Source: Bacillota bacterium | GTDB taxonomy: Bacteria > Bacillota > Dethiobacteria > DTU022 | Assembly: GCA_016874655.1 (NCBI GenBank) | Contig: VGTO01000003.1 | Span: forward strand, 1-50,546 | Length of the DNA stretch: 50,546 nucleotides | Direction of reading: 5' to 3' | Shown here: one piece after another, positions 9,551-19,861 of the stretch | Numbering within the stretch: position 1 is the stretch's first letter | Layout: every line of letters begins with the position of its first letter | The notes under the pieces: model-generated | What the model was told of the DNA's origin: nothing | Seen by the model: only the letters and a program-made list of their open reading frames with translations | The model's database searches: none | Program-made: the position numbers and the translations under genes

Positions 9551-11602
9551 TTAAACTGCTGTTTTTTTAAGCTTCCTACGTCTGAGAACCAGAAAAACAA
9601 TTAAAGCAATAATGGCCAGAAGGATCAGGAGTGGCCACGTAACCAAAGGGATTGACCAAACCTGATTAATTCTGCCGGCGGTGGCAGCATAATATTCATC
9701 GATCTCCGGCAGTCCGGAATTCCCTACCTTCTGGGATGCGGCATACTCCAGAATCGTTGCCCACACTTTTAGTTCCTGGCCGTCAGTGTAGACGATCAGG
9801 CTGTCAAGCTGATCATCGGCTACCGGATTACCCTCGCTGTCTTTAAGCACCAGGTCCAGCTGAGGCATCATTTCTCCCACCATCGGCAGAAATGAAAGGA
9901 TATAAGTATCGGTAACCAGGCAGTAGAGCTCTTCGTCACCGCGCTCCAGCGGTACGTAAAGACTATCATCATCCACCTGGCGACCCCCTCCGCTATAGCG
10001 CTCGGCGCTGATTACTGCTCCACTGGGAAAAATCATCGTTGAAGGAAGTGGCTGATCAATGAAAGGGATGGTGAAGAGTACAGCATTACCGGGATTATAG
10101 TTGTAACGCAACCCTGAAAATTGCAGGAAATAGGTATCGCCATACATTTCGGATAACAGGGCTGCCACTTCCAGGGCGCGGCGCATCTCCTCTCCGGTCA
10201 GGTAAACAGCCACAATCGGGTAACCGGCATCGCCGTCAGGCCCGATGCCTAAGCCAATCAACTCGGCTAAATCATAGACCGAAATCTGACCAAAAGCGTG
10301 CGGCATGGTCCCCGGATTAATACTACCGCGGATTGAACCGTTGGCCTGCAAGGCAAAATCAATCTCGCGGCCGGTTTTCTCTGCAGTTACCAGACGCATG
10401 GCATCGGTAACAAAGTTGCCAAAAGGCGTCTCCTGTAGCTGCGGGGTATTGGGTATTTCAAAAGCAGCCAGTGCCACTCTGTCAAGCACGGATGTAAAAC
10501 GGCCACCAGTTTTTTCGGTAATCAGCTCGTTTAACAGAACCGTGTACTCTTCAATCACAGCATCAATTTCGGGATCCAGCGGTAAATTGTAATCCAGGGG
10601 AATCAGATAGGGAATGCCATTTTCTTCATTGCGGGCCCTTAGCTCTCCCGTTTCCGGGTTATATGCCAGGTCAAGGCGGCCTAAATTACTTAAGAGTTCT
10701 CCGGTTTGTACAATATAAGTTGAGCCTTCAATAATTGGGGCATGCAGGGCAGTGTGGCAATGACCGCTAATAATCACATCAATACCGGGTACTGTCATTG
10801 CAAGCTGCTGGTCTTCGCCGTTCTCAACCCCGCTGTGGCTGAGCGCAATCACCAGCTGGGCACCCTGGTTGCGTAGGTCTTCAACCAGGCGAGCAGCTGT
10901 CTCCTGCTGGTCAGCAAAGGTAACTGGCTCGTTTGCTGTGGTATATGATACTGCCTGTTCGCCAATCAGACCGAAGAGGCCTACCCGCAGACCATTGTCA
11001 AGTGTCATAATCACAGACTCACGAAACAGACCTTCTGTTGCCAATAGATGATTCGTGGGAACGATCGCATTTGAAGCGAGCACAATAGTTATGGCATGAG
11101 CTTCAGGGTAACCGGCTTCAATCAGGTAGTGGGCCAGGATATCGGGACCGTAATCGTACTCGTGATTGCCAATGGTAACTGCATCGTAACCGAGCAGCTG
11201 TTTTATGGTCAGCTCCATGGCGTAACCGCGTGGAATCAGCCAACTGTAAGGTGAACCGCCGATATAATCACCGCCGGACAGCAAGAGGACCGGTTCGCTG
11301 GTGGAGCTTTTTTCAGCTCGGATCTGCTTTACGGCTGCCGCCAGACGGGCATAGCCCCCAAGAGTAGGATTCTCCTTTGTCGGGTGATAGTCAACAGTGG
11401 GGGAATGTGGAATCACCGATCCATGCTCATCATTGGTATGGAGGATAGTCAGGTAAAGCTCTTCCGCAAAAGCAGTGTTAATACCCTGTGGACTGCACAT
11501 TAGCAGGGCAAAAGCAGCAAAAGTAATCAGGATAATTTTTAGGGTGGCTTCAAAGAAAGTTCTTTTTCCCTTTCCTTTGGTTAAGTTCAGTCCTTGAGTC
11601 AT
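9551..11602 (-). CDS. Extracellular membrane-anchored 5'-nucleotidase / metallophosphatase
   Basis: ILHTNDEH, GGD, GNHEYD, LSHSG, SGHCH motifs; 5'-nucleotidase C-domain (NGSIRG); signal peptide and C-terminal TM followed by RRRKLKK. Confidence 0.9.
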   Translation of the reverse strand: MTQGLNLTKGKGKRTFFEATLKIILITFAAFALLMCSPQGINTAFAEELYLTILHTNDEHGSVIPHSPTVDYHPTKENPTLGGYARLAAAVKQIRAEKSSTSEPVLLLSGGDYIGGSPYSWLIPRGYAMELTIKQLLGYDAVTIGNHEYDYGPDILAHYLIEAGYPEAHAITIVLASNAIVPTNHLLATEGLFRESVIMTLDNGLRVGLFGLIGEQAVSYTTANEPVTFADQQETAARLVEDLRNQGAQLVIALSHSGVENGEDQQLAMTVPGIDVIISGHCHTALHAPIIEGSTYIVQTGELLSNLGRLDLAYNPETGELRARNEENGIPYLIPLDYNLPLDPEIDAVIEEYTVLLNELITEKTGGRFTSVLDRVALAAFEIPNTPQLQETPFGNFVTDAMRLVTAEKTGREIDFALQANGSIRGSINPGTMPHAFGQISVYDLAELIGLGIGPDGDAGYPIVAVYLTGEEMRRALEVAALLSEMYGDTYFLQFSGLRYNYNPGNAVLFTIPFIDQPLPSTMIFPSGAVISAERYSGGGRQVDDDSLYVPLERGDEELYCLVTDTYILSFLPMVGEMMPQLDLVLKDSEGNPVADDQLDSLIVYTDGQELKVWATILEYAASQKVGNSGLPEIDEYYAATAGRINQVWSIPLVTWPLLILLAIIALIVFLVLRRRKLKKTAV

Positions 11603-11675
11603 GTCAACACCCCTCTTTTTTATTGTTGGTTAAGCTTATAAACTTCAACAATAAAGATGATAAATCCTGCCTCGG

Positions 11676-12743
11676 TCAGCTACGGGGTATAGTTTCAATG
11701 AAAAGATCCATGACCCCGCCACAGGCCATTCCTTCTTCCTCAGCGTCCTCAGCCGTCAAACGTTGTCTAAAGAGAAGCGGCTTGTCCTGATCAAGTTGTA
11801 GCAGCGCTTCACGCTTTGCATCAGCTTCGGAGCAACCACCGCCAATTGTGCCCACAATGTTTCCGTCGGGGAAAACAATCATCTGCGATCCAGGCTTACG
11901 GGGCGTTGACCCGAATGTTTCAACAATGGTAACCAGTGCTGCCCGCTGCTTTGATTGTTCAAGTGCTGCCAGGGCTTTAATCACGGCTACCGGTGCGACC
12001 TCCGCCCTGCTGCTGTTACGCCTGACGGCAGTTATTTCAGCCAGAATACTGAGGGCTATCTCCGGCTCGGTAATAGCCCCGATTGAAAGACCGATCGGGG
12101 CATGCAACCGGGTCAGTTGTTCCTTACTAGATCCTTCTTTTTCAAGCTCCTGCAGTAGGCCCCTGACCCTTTTCCGGCTGCCGATCATCCCCAGATAAGC
12201 AGCGCTACGGCTCAGGCTCTTTTCAAGACAAAGCCGGTCATAGCGGTGCCCCCTGGTTACAATAACAATGTAATCGGATTCGGAGGCTTCGAGCGAATCG
12301 ATAGCGCTCTCGAAAGAATCGCAAATCACCAGGTCAGCATCAGGATGGCTCACTTTGTTAGCAAAAGAGGGGCGGTCGTCGATCAACAATATCTGGTAGT
12401 CAAGCGGGGCGGCCATTTTACACAGTGCTCCACCAACATGACCACCGCCTAAAATGATCAACCGCGGCCGGGGCAGCAGCGAGTGGATAAAAAAAGTAAT
12501 CTCTCCGTACTTAGAAACAGCTTTTTTTATGATGCCGCTCTGACCGCCGGCGGTCATTTGTCCGATTAAAGTTTCAACTACCACCGCTGCTTCCGCTTCA
12601 AGGCTGCCGGCAAGCAAGCCTCTGTCTGAGTAAACCGCCTTGCTACCGATTAGCTTCGGGAAATCAGGGCAGCTTATAACCGTAGCCAGCAAAGTTGTTT
12701 CGCCTTTGTGCATTGAATCAAGAACTTGACGATAGAGCTCCAA
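11676..12743 (-). CDS. XdhC/CoxI-family molybdo-enzyme maturation factor
   Basis: GGGHVG, IDDRP, VTRGHRYD, YLGMIGS, LHAPIGLSIGAITEPEIALSILAEI, followed by a C-terminal CoxI domain (GSTPRKPGSQM, GTIGGGC, CGG). Confidence 0.9.
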   Translation of the reverse strand: MELYRQVLDSMHKGETTLLATVISCPDFPKLIGSKAVYSDRGLLAGSLEAEAAVVVETLIGQMTAGGQSGIIKKAVSKYGEITFFIHSLLPRPRLIILGGGHVGGALCKMAAPLDYQILLIDDRPSFANKVSHPDADLVICDSFESAIDSLEASESDYIVIVTRGHRYDRLCLEKSLSRSAAYLGMIGSRKRVRGLLQELEKEGSSKEQLTRLHAPIGLSIGAITEPEIALSILAEITAVRRNSSRAEVAPVAVIKALAALEQSKQRAALVTIVETFGSTPRKPGSQMIVFPDGNIVGTIGGGCSEADAKREALLQLDQDKPLLFRQRLTAEDAEEEGMACGGVMDLFIETIPRS

Positions 12744-12843
12744 CTAGCAGGACTCCTTTTATCCACTAACATTTAGTACTTGACTAACTGATCTGCCGAT
12801 CGAGCTACCAAAGTTGTCTGAAAGCGGCTGGTGAAAATAAGCT

Positions 12844-13680
12844 TTAGAATACTTTGCGGGTGCCCATTCCACCGGTGATATCAAGTACTTCGCCAGTAAT
12901 GTAATCCGCATCGGGCGAAGCAAAAAAAGCGACCGCCGCAGCTACATCTTCGGGTGTTCCGATCCGGCCAAGCGGCGTGGCTTTTGCTGCTTCGGCTGCC
13001 ACCTCATCTACACTTTTACCCATAATAGTTGCTTCTTTTTCCCAGCCCCACCTTTTAAACTCCGTTTCGATATCACCGGGGCAAAGAGCATTAACACAAA
13101 TTTTAAAGGGCGCCAACTCGATGGCCATTGAGCGGGTCAGGCCGATCAAGCCGGCCTTCGAAGCACAATAGGCATGGATCCAGATTGCCCCTCGGTGCGC
13201 CGCCCGCGAGGACATGTTAATAATTTTGCCGCCTTCAGGGTTATCCATCATCAGCGGAACAGCCGCACGGCAACAGAACATTGCACCGGTAAGATTAACC
13301 TCGATAGTTTTACGCCAGTCGTCGGGGTCCGTCAACACAAGCGGAGCCGGGCCGATCGTAGTGCCGGCATTATTAACAAGGATATCAAGACGGCCGAAGG
13401 TTTTTTTTACTGCTTCGATCATTTTTTCAACCGAACTTAAGTCAGTAACATTTACTTCAACCGCCAGCGACTGAACTCCGCAGGCAGCAATATCGGATGC
13501 CACACTTTCTAGTTCTCCACCCTGGGTCTGTTCATAGATTTCAGGGCCTGTCGTGGAGCCGAGATCAGCAACAACTACAGCCGCGCCTTCAGCGGCCAGG
13601 CGCATAGCGCAGGCATAGCCAATTCCTTTTTTTCGACCGGCTCCGGTTACCAGGGCGACCTTGCCTTGCAATCTTTTCAT
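12844..13680 (-). CDS. Short-chain dehydrogenase/reductase (classical SDR)
   Basis: TGAGRKKGIG, NNAG, YCASK catalytic motif, PLGRIGTPEDVA. Confidence 0.93.
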   Translation of the reverse strand: MKRLQGKVALVTGAGRKKGIGYACAMRLAAEGAAVVVADLGSTTGPEIYEQTQGGELESVASDIAACGVQSLAVEVNVTDLSSVEKMIEAVKKTFGRLDILVNNAGTTIGPAPLVLTDPDDWRKTIEVNLTGAMFCCRAAVPLMMDNPEGGKIINMSSRAAHRGAIWIHAYCASKAGLIGLTRSMAIELAPFKICVNALCPGDIETEFKRWGWEKEATIMGKSVDEVAAEAAKATPLGRIGTPEDVAAAVAFFASPDADYITGEVLDITGGMGTRKVF

Positions 13681-13698
13681 CTCTAAATCCCCTTCCGG

Positions 13699-15357
13699 CT
13701 AATGAATCGGCCAGGGCAAATCCATACCACCAAATAGCGCTTCGGGATCAGTACGGACATTGACACAAGCCGGTTTGCCACTGGCAAAGGCTTTTTGCAG
13801 CGCCGGCTTAATATCGGCGATTTTTTCCACATAAATACCGACGCCACCTAAGGTTTCCACCAGCTGATCGTAACGCATGAAGCCTAAGTCAGCACCGATT
13901 GTGCGTTCAGGACCGTAAGTCTGACGTTGAACACGGCGAATCTGACCCCAGCCGCTGTCATTGGAGACAACGCAGACAACCGGGATATTGTGGCGCACCG
14001 CGGTATCAAATTCCATCACGCTAAGCCCCAAAGAACCGTCTCCACTGATCAGCACCACCGGGCGATCAGGGTAGGCCAGTTTGCCAGCCAAGGCGAAAGG
14101 CAGGCCAACCCCCAGATGCCCAAAGGCCCCGATCCACTGTAGAGAACCGGGGCTGTATGCCTGCAGTGAGAGAACGGTAAAACCGGCAATATCGCCGCCG
14201 TCAACTGCAACTGCAGCATCCCGGGGCAGAAACTGCTGTATTTCAGCCACCAGGCGGGCCGGATGGATCGGTTCAGCATCTGATGTCGCGTGCTGATTGA
14301 TTGCATCGCGAGCCACTGCTTTGAGGGTCTGCACAGTAGAAGGCCACTGTGGATCGAGATTCATTTTAGCCCCGGTCATTGCCAGGGTTAACTGTTGCAA
14401 AATAGCCCCGGCATCACCGGGCAGAGCAACGTCAACCGGCCGGTTTTTGCCGATATCCTCGGTATGGATATCAACCTGGATTGTTTTCATATTTGCCTTA
14501 AAAAGAGGCGGACGGCCGTAACCGAGGGTCCAGTCAAAACGGGTCCCCAATATTAAAACCAGGTCGGCCTGCATCAGCCCTAAGGGGTAAAAGCCACCGG
14601 AAAGAGGATGATCTTCCGGAATTGCTCCCCGGGCCATGGTCCTGGTGTAAACCGGGATATTGGTTAACTCGGCAAAAGCGGCCAGCTCATCGGCCGCGCC
14701 AGACCACCAGACACCGCTACCAGCGATAATGACCGGGCGCTCGGCCTTGCATAATAAATCGGCAGCCTCTTTGACAGCATTTTCACAACTGAAAAGACGG
14801 GTCTGCGGACAATAAAGAGAAGGATATCTCACTTTGAGCTCGTCACCGACTTCGGCTTTGATGATGTCGATCGGGATTTCCAAAAACACCGGACCCGGAC
14901 GGCCGCTTTTTGCCTGGCGAAAAGCAGTGGCCACATATTCGGGCAGGCGCTCAACCTGGTAAACAGAACGGGCCCACTTAACCAGGGGCCTGACAATCTC
15001 CAGTTGGTCAATATCCTGCATCGAACCGAGATCACGCATCGCCAAAGAACTGCGCCCGGCAATAACCACCATTGGTACAGCGCTCTGGGCAGCTACAGCA
15101 ATTCCCGGCAGGGCATTAACCACGCCCGGCCCGGCAGTAACCACAGCTACTCCCGGTTGACCGGTAAAACGGGCCCAACCCTCAGCCAGGTGAACAGCCG
15201 CCTGTTCGTGGCGGGTATCAATGATCCGAATTCCTTCGGTTAGACAGCCATCAAATATTGGATTGATGTGACCACCGCTCAGGGAAAAGATCAGCTCTAC
15301 CCCTTCTTTTTTTAACATTTTGGCAACCAGGTTGCCGCCGTGCAGTCGCTTCTCCAT
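13699..15357 (-). CDS. ThDP-dependent enzyme, acetolactate-synthase-like / 2-hydroxyacyl-CoA lyase-like
   Basis: LSGGHI, DTRHEQAA, VTAGPG, GDGSLGLS...VSNDSGWG ThDP motif; no ilvN partner nearby. Confidence 0.88.
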   Translation of the reverse strand: MEKRLHGGNLVAKMLKKEGVELIFSLSGGHINPIFDGCLTEGIRIIDTRHEQAAVHLAEGWARFTGQPGVAVVTAGPGVVNALPGIAVAAQSAVPMVVIAGRSSLAMRDLGSMQDIDQLEIVRPLVKWARSVYQVERLPEYVATAFRQAKSGRPGPVFLEIPIDIIKAEVGDELKVRYPSLYCPQTRLFSCENAVKEAADLLCKAERPVIIAGSGVWWSGAADELAAFAELTNIPVYTRTMARGAIPEDHPLSGGFYPLGLMQADLVLILGTRFDWTLGYGRPPLFKANMKTIQVDIHTEDIGKNRPVDVALPGDAGAILQQLTLAMTGAKMNLDPQWPSTVQTLKAVARDAINQHATSDAEPIHPARLVAEIQQFLPRDAAVAVDGGDIAGFTVLSLQAYSPGSLQWIGAFGHLGVGLPFALAGKLAYPDRPVVLISGDGSLGLSVMEFDTAVRHNIPVVCVVSNDSGWGQIRRVQRQTYGPERTIGADLGFMRYDQLVETLGGVGIYVEKIADIKPALQKAFASGKPACVNVRTDPEALFGGMDLPWPIH

Positions 15358-15400
15358 CTACAGAACTCCCTTCTGCCTTAACTTTAAATGTCTTTGTATT

Positions 15401-16885
15401 CTATTCCCAAAATTTCATGGTGCCGGTTTCCAACAAACTGACGTGTAGCTGAAATGCATCACGTAGATTCTGGCTGATATGGCCTGAAGGTGACCCTTCT
15501 AGGTATCGGTGAAGGTAATCGCGATAATCAGGATGTGCGCATTTATCAATAATGGCGCGGCTTTTTTCCCGCGGGCCCAAGCCGCGCAGGTCAGCGAGAC
15601 CGTGCTCGGTAACCAACACCTGGACCGAGTGTTCATTATGATCGGGGTGTGTGACCATCGGTACAACGGTTGAAATTTTTCCATCCTTAATGGCTGAGGG
15701 CGCCATGAAAATTGACAGATAAGCATTACGCGTAAAGTCACCGCTGCCACCAATGCCGTTCATCAGCTCGGTGCCACAGACATGGGTTGAGTTTGAATGC
15801 CCGCCTAGATCAAATTCAAGCGCCGTGTTAAGGGCAATAACCCCTAAGCGACGGATGACACCGGGATTGTTGGAAAGCTCCTGCGGTCGCAGGACTATAC
15901 GCTGGGTGAAGAAATCCATGTTGTTATAGATACGCTGTAGATTATCGTCAGAAACAGTAAGACTACAGGTGCTCGCCCCTAAAAGGTGGCCTTGTTCCAT
16001 CAGATCAATCAATCCATCCTGAAACACCTCGGTAAACATCAGGAAGGGCGGAATATCAGGGTCGTCGCCCAGGGTTGACATCACAGCATTGGCAATGTTC
16101 CCAACCCCGGCCTGCAGCGGTAAAAATTCGGGAGGAATCCGTCCAGCCCGCTGTTCGTCAAGCAGAAAATCAACCACCTGATGAGCAATGCGACGGCTGA
16201 TCTCATCGGGCTGGTGTAGCGGGGCCATGCCATCAGGCTCATTATTATCAATAACAGCAACGATTTTTTTTGGATCAACCAAAGCATAGGGCAATCCGAT
16301 TTTATTCAGCGGTTCGTAAATCGGGATCGGGTTACGATGTGGGGGGGTAGGCAACATAACCACATCGGCCATTTCGCTTAAGCGGACCGAGTGGTAACGG
16401 TTTAGTTCGATGATCACTTTTTCGGCACAATGTAAAAATGTCGGTGACGCGCCAATTGAAGTCGAGAGATAAACCCGGCCATCCTTGGTGATTTCGGCCG
16501 CCTCGATAACCGCCCAGTCAACAGGCCCGAGAAACCCGAAGAGAACAGCCTGGGGCAGGTGCGAGAGGTGCATGTCGGTAAACTCAATTTTATTTTCATT
16601 AATTTGCTTGCGCATAATCCGGGAAGACTGGTAAGGGGCTCTCCAGGCCACCGCTTCTGCTTCAGCCAGTAAATCGTCAAGCTGGCCGGTTGAAGCGCCG
16701 GTAAGCACATTCAGTTTATAAGATTCACCTTTGGCATGCAGCTCTTTGGCCCGGCGGGCTAAGGCCCGGGGGATTGCTTTGGCTGAACCGGCAGCCGTAA
16801 AACCACTGAAGGCCACCGTCTGTTTGTCTTCAATAAATGCTGCAGCTTCTTCGGCTGAGATACGAGGAAAATGTAGTGGGGACAT
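15401..16885 (-). CDS. Family I CoA-transferase (succinyl-CoA:acetate CoA-transferase / acetyl-CoA hydrolase type)
   Basis: FSGFT, TGASTG, PLQAGVGNIANAV, FTEVFQD, LRPQELSNNP, MNGIGGSGDFTRNAY. Confidence 0.93.
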   Translation of the reverse strand: MSPLHFPRISAEEAAAFIEDKQTVAFSGFTAAGSAKAIPRALARRAKELHAKGESYKLNVLTGASTGQLDDLLAEAEAVAWRAPYQSSRIMRKQINENKIEFTDMHLSHLPQAVLFGFLGPVDWAVIEAAEITKDGRVYLSTSIGASPTFLHCAEKVIIELNRYHSVRLSEMADVVMLPTPPHRNPIPIYEPLNKIGLPYALVDPKKIVAVIDNNEPDGMAPLHQPDEISRRIAHQVVDFLLDEQRAGRIPPEFLPLQAGVGNIANAVMSTLGDDPDIPPFLMFTEVFQDGLIDLMEQGHLLGASTCSLTVSDDNLQRIYNNMDFFTQRIVLRPQELSNNPGVIRRLGVIALNTALEFDLGGHSNSTHVCGTELMNGIGGSGDFTRNAYLSIFMAPSAIKDGKISTVVPMVTHPDHNEHSVQVLVTEHGLADLRGLGPREKSRAIIDKCAHPDYRDYLHRYLEGSPSGHISQNLRDAFQLHVSLLETGTMKFWE

Positions 16886-16931
16886 GCTGCGACCTCCAGT
16901 CTGCTAATCTACAGTTTAAGCCTATTATAAT

Positions 16932-18149
16932 CTAATTATAGCGAAGCGGTTCGAACTTTTTATAGGTTAAACCCCGCCAGAGCCATTCCAACGGTCCGTA
17001 CTTAAACTTTTTAAACCAGAGATTACTCCAGAGGACCTGGAGCAGGTAAAGCGCAATGGTAATCACCACGCCCTGGGCCAGTGATACTTTGTAGAACAAG
17101 CCGAAACCAAACCCATAGAACAGGGTAATCAGAATCAGGGTCTGAGTCAGGTAATTGGTCAGGGCCATTCTGCCGGCGGAGGCAACCGGGGCAAGGATAC
17201 GCCGGCACCGATCAGTCTGCAGTGACAAGAGGACCAGGGCTACATAAGCGGGGAAAATAAAAAGCGAAGCCAGGTAGTTGGTCATCATCAGCATGGCAAT
17301 TCTAGTAGTGGGCCCTACCGGCCAGACAGCAGTTTCAAAAAGGATGTAGAGAAAAAGAAAAAAAGCGCCGACCGGAAAGCCGATTGTACATATTTTTATA
17401 AACAGCGGCCTGTTACCCTGAAGATCCCTAAATATTCCTTTTCTGCCGACATAAAGACCGCACAGAAAAAAGGCCAGGACCGCAGGAATCCAGACGAACA
17501 GGCTGATAATGATGTACGGCACTTCATTAACCAGCCGATAAAAAAACAACTCGGTGAAGCTTCCGGTGGAATAAACTGCAACAGCAACGCTGATCAGCTC
17601 GTTCATCATCTGGTCGTAACTATCACCGGCCATAACCTCTCCGAAGCCCTGCACAAAACCAAACAACCCCTGCAAAACCAGAGTAGCAATAAAAAGCCCA
17701 ATAATCCACCGCTTAACCTGCTGCTCGTTTTTACTGCGAAAGGCAAGAAGGATAAAGCCAGCCAGGGCATAGGTAAAGAGAATATCGCCGGACCAGAGTA
17801 AAAACAGGTGAATAGCTCCTATGATGAGCAACACCACTAACCGGCGGCGGTATAGGGGAACCAGCTCCAGTCCTTTTGCAAGGGTGCGTTCCATAAAAAT
17901 GTAAAAGCCAAGGCCGAAGAGAAAAGAAAAGATGGCGTAAAACTTGCCGGTAAATAAAAGCTGGATCAACCAGGCCACTGTTTGATCCAGACCCGGGGAT
18001 AAAGCTGAAGGCATCCGGTCCATCATCACCGGAATTTTAAAAAATGACATGTTAACCATCAGGATACCGAAGAGGGCAATGCCCCTGATAATGTCTATTT
18101 CACTGATTCTTTCAGCCGGTTGAACCGGCGTTGGCTGGATTGGTTGCAT
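16932..18149 (-). CDS. DUF418 (YeiB-like) membrane protein
   Basis: RISEIDIIRGIALFGIL, GKFYAIFSFLFGLGF, GRMALTNYLTQT, GPLEWLWR. Confidence 0.9.
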   Translation of the reverse strand: MQPIQPTPVQPAERISEIDIIRGIALFGILMVNMSFFKIPVMMDRMPSALSPGLDQTVAWLIQLLFTGKFYAIFSFLFGLGFYIFMERTLAKGLELVPLYRRRLVVLLIIGAIHLFLLWSGDILFTYALAGFILLAFRSKNEQQVKRWIIGLFIATLVLQGLFGFVQGFGEVMAGDSYDQMMNELISVAVAVYSTGSFTELFFYRLVNEVPYIIISLFVWIPAVLAFFLCGLYVGRKGIFRDLQGNRPLFIKICTIGFPVGAFFLFLYILFETAVWPVGPTTRIAMLMMTNYLASLFIFPAYVALVLLSLQTDRCRRILAPVASAGRMALTNYLTQTLILITLFYGFGFGLFYKVSLAQGVVITIALYLLQVLWSNLWFKKFKYGPLEWLWRGLTYKKFEPLRYN

Positions 18150-18205
18150 CTTAGCGCCTCCTTCTTAATGATGAGCTTAAAAATATCTTCAATACTTTAA
18201 TGAAG

Positions 18206-19003
18206 CTATCTGATTTTGCGATCCTGAAGAGCCGGGAATGTGGAGCGAATTCTTGTTGTTTCCTGCGGGTCGATACTGATTATTAGCTGTTCTTCAGTCA
18301 ATCCGCCGCGGGCCAAAAGATCTCCCCAGGGGCTGACCACCAGGCTGTTTCCGCCATACTGCCGATCACCCTGCCCACCGGCACAGTTGCAAGCCACTAA
18401 AAAAGCGAGATTCTCAAGAGCCCGGCTGCGGTTAAGAATCAGCCAGTGTTCCAGACGGGCCAGTGGCCAGGCGGCAACAACAAAGATAGTGTCAACTGCT
18501 GAATCGCTCATTTTGCGGTAGAGCTCAGGAAACCTTAAATCGTAACAGGTAGAAAACCCCCAGGTGCCGTACTTGCTTTTCAAAACATAAAGATCACTGC
18601 CTGCCTTCAGAATTTCACTTTCCGCCGACTGGTAACCAAAGAGGTGCATCTTACGGTAAATTCCGCTAAGAGAGCCACTTGGACTGATCAGCAAAGAAGT
18701 GTTGTAGTAGTTGTTTGCATCCCGCTCAACAATGCTACCGGCCAGCAGGTACGATCCGAGTTTTTCAGCCCAGGGTGCCAGACGGCTATAGGTTTCACCT
18801 TCCAGAGATTCGCTCTCCAATCGGTAGCGATCAAAGTTAAAGAAACCGGTCCCCCAGATCTCCGGCAGCATGATCAGCTGCAGTTGATCCTCTTCGGCAA
18901 CTGTCTGCTCCAGGATCTTTTCGACCCGCAGCAAGCGGTCATTTTTTGTTTCGCTGTCGTTAACTGCCAGCTGAATTATTTTCATCCTCAGCACTGGCGT
19001 CAC
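18206..19003 (-). CDS. Carbon-nitrogen hydrolase (nitrilase superfamily)
   Basis: LPEIW, YRKMHLF, TCYDLRFPE (Glu-Lys-Cys triad), RALEN. Confidence 0.92.
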   Translation of the reverse strand: MTPVLRMKIIQLAVNDSETKNDRLLRVEKILEQTVAEEDQLQLIMLPEIWGTGFFNFDRYRLESESLEGETYSRLAPWAEKLGSYLLAGSIVERDANNYYNTSLLISPSGSLSGIYRKMHLFGYQSAESEILKAGSDLYVLKSKYGTWGFSTCYDLRFPELYRKMSDSAVDTIFVVAAWPLARLEHWLILNRSRALENLAFLVACNCAGGQGDRQYGGNSLVVSPWGDLLARGGLTEEQLIISIDPQETTRIRSTFPALQDRKIR

Positions 19004-19806
19004 TTCCTTTTGTAGCTTTCAGCTATTGGAGAACAGTTAGTCTCTGATCCATGGCGGTGCCAGGCAGCGGTAAGTGAATGTGGCACCTCCAACCCATGAT
19101 CCTCCATCAGGCAGCAATTTGCCATCACCGTTGCCGGCTCCCCGTCAGCCTGAATCTTTCCCTGATCCAACACCATAACCCTTGTGCAAACCTCGAGAAT
19201 AAATTCCAGATCGTGCGAAGCGGTAAGCATTGTCTTCTGTTCCATGTCCTTTAGCATCCCAACCAAACGTCGACGGTAGCGCATATCGAGATCTGCTGTC
19301 GGTTCATCCAAGATCAGCAGCTCTGGTTGCATGGCTAAAACACCGGCCAACGCCACCAATCTTTGTTCTCCGCTTGACAGCTGATGGGGCACTCGATCGA
19401 ATAATGGAGTAATGCCCGTCGCCCCGGCCGCCAGGTCAACATTAGCGGCCACTTCTTCCACCGGCAAACCCATATTCTGCGGGCCAAAAGCAACATCTTC
19501 ACGAACAGAGGGACAGATCAGTTGATCAGCAGTGTGCTGAAATACCATGCCAACCGCTGGATTGAAGCGACCTTTTAAAACCGGGAAACCGCCGATTTCA
19601 ATTGTGCCCAATTTAGCACTGACAATCCCACAGATCAATAAAAAAAGGGTTGTTTTACCGGCTCCATTCGGTCCGATTAAACCAACCCGCTCTCCTCTGT
19701 GCACCTTGAAACTGATCGCTTCTAATACCGCGGCCTGCCCCGGGTAACCAAATGCAAGATCTATGATCGACAGTACTGAAGACAATAATCGGTCTCCTTT
19801 ATCCAA
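19000..19806 (-). CDS. cbiO: ECF Ni/Co transporter ATPase
   Basis: GPNGAGKTT, VAFGPQNMG, LSSGEQR, LDEPT; follows cbiQ. Confidence 0.88.
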   Translation of the reverse strand: MDKGDRLLSSVLSIIDLAFGYPGQAAVLEAISFKVHRGERVGLIGPNGAGKTTLFLLICGIVSAKLGTIEIGGFPVLKGRFNPAVGMVFQHTADQLICPSVREDVAFGPQNMGLPVEEVAANVDLAAGATGITPLFDRVPHQLSSGEQRLVALAGVLAMQPELLILDEPTADLDMRYRRRLVGMLKDMEQKTMLTASHDLEFILEVCTRVMVLDQGKIQADGEPATVMANCCLMEDHGLEVPHSLTAAWHRHGSETNCSPIAESYKRK

Positions 19807-19861
19807 ATTTCACTTGATTATATCACAAGAATTTTGCCCGGGCTTTGAACCGAGTTATCTT

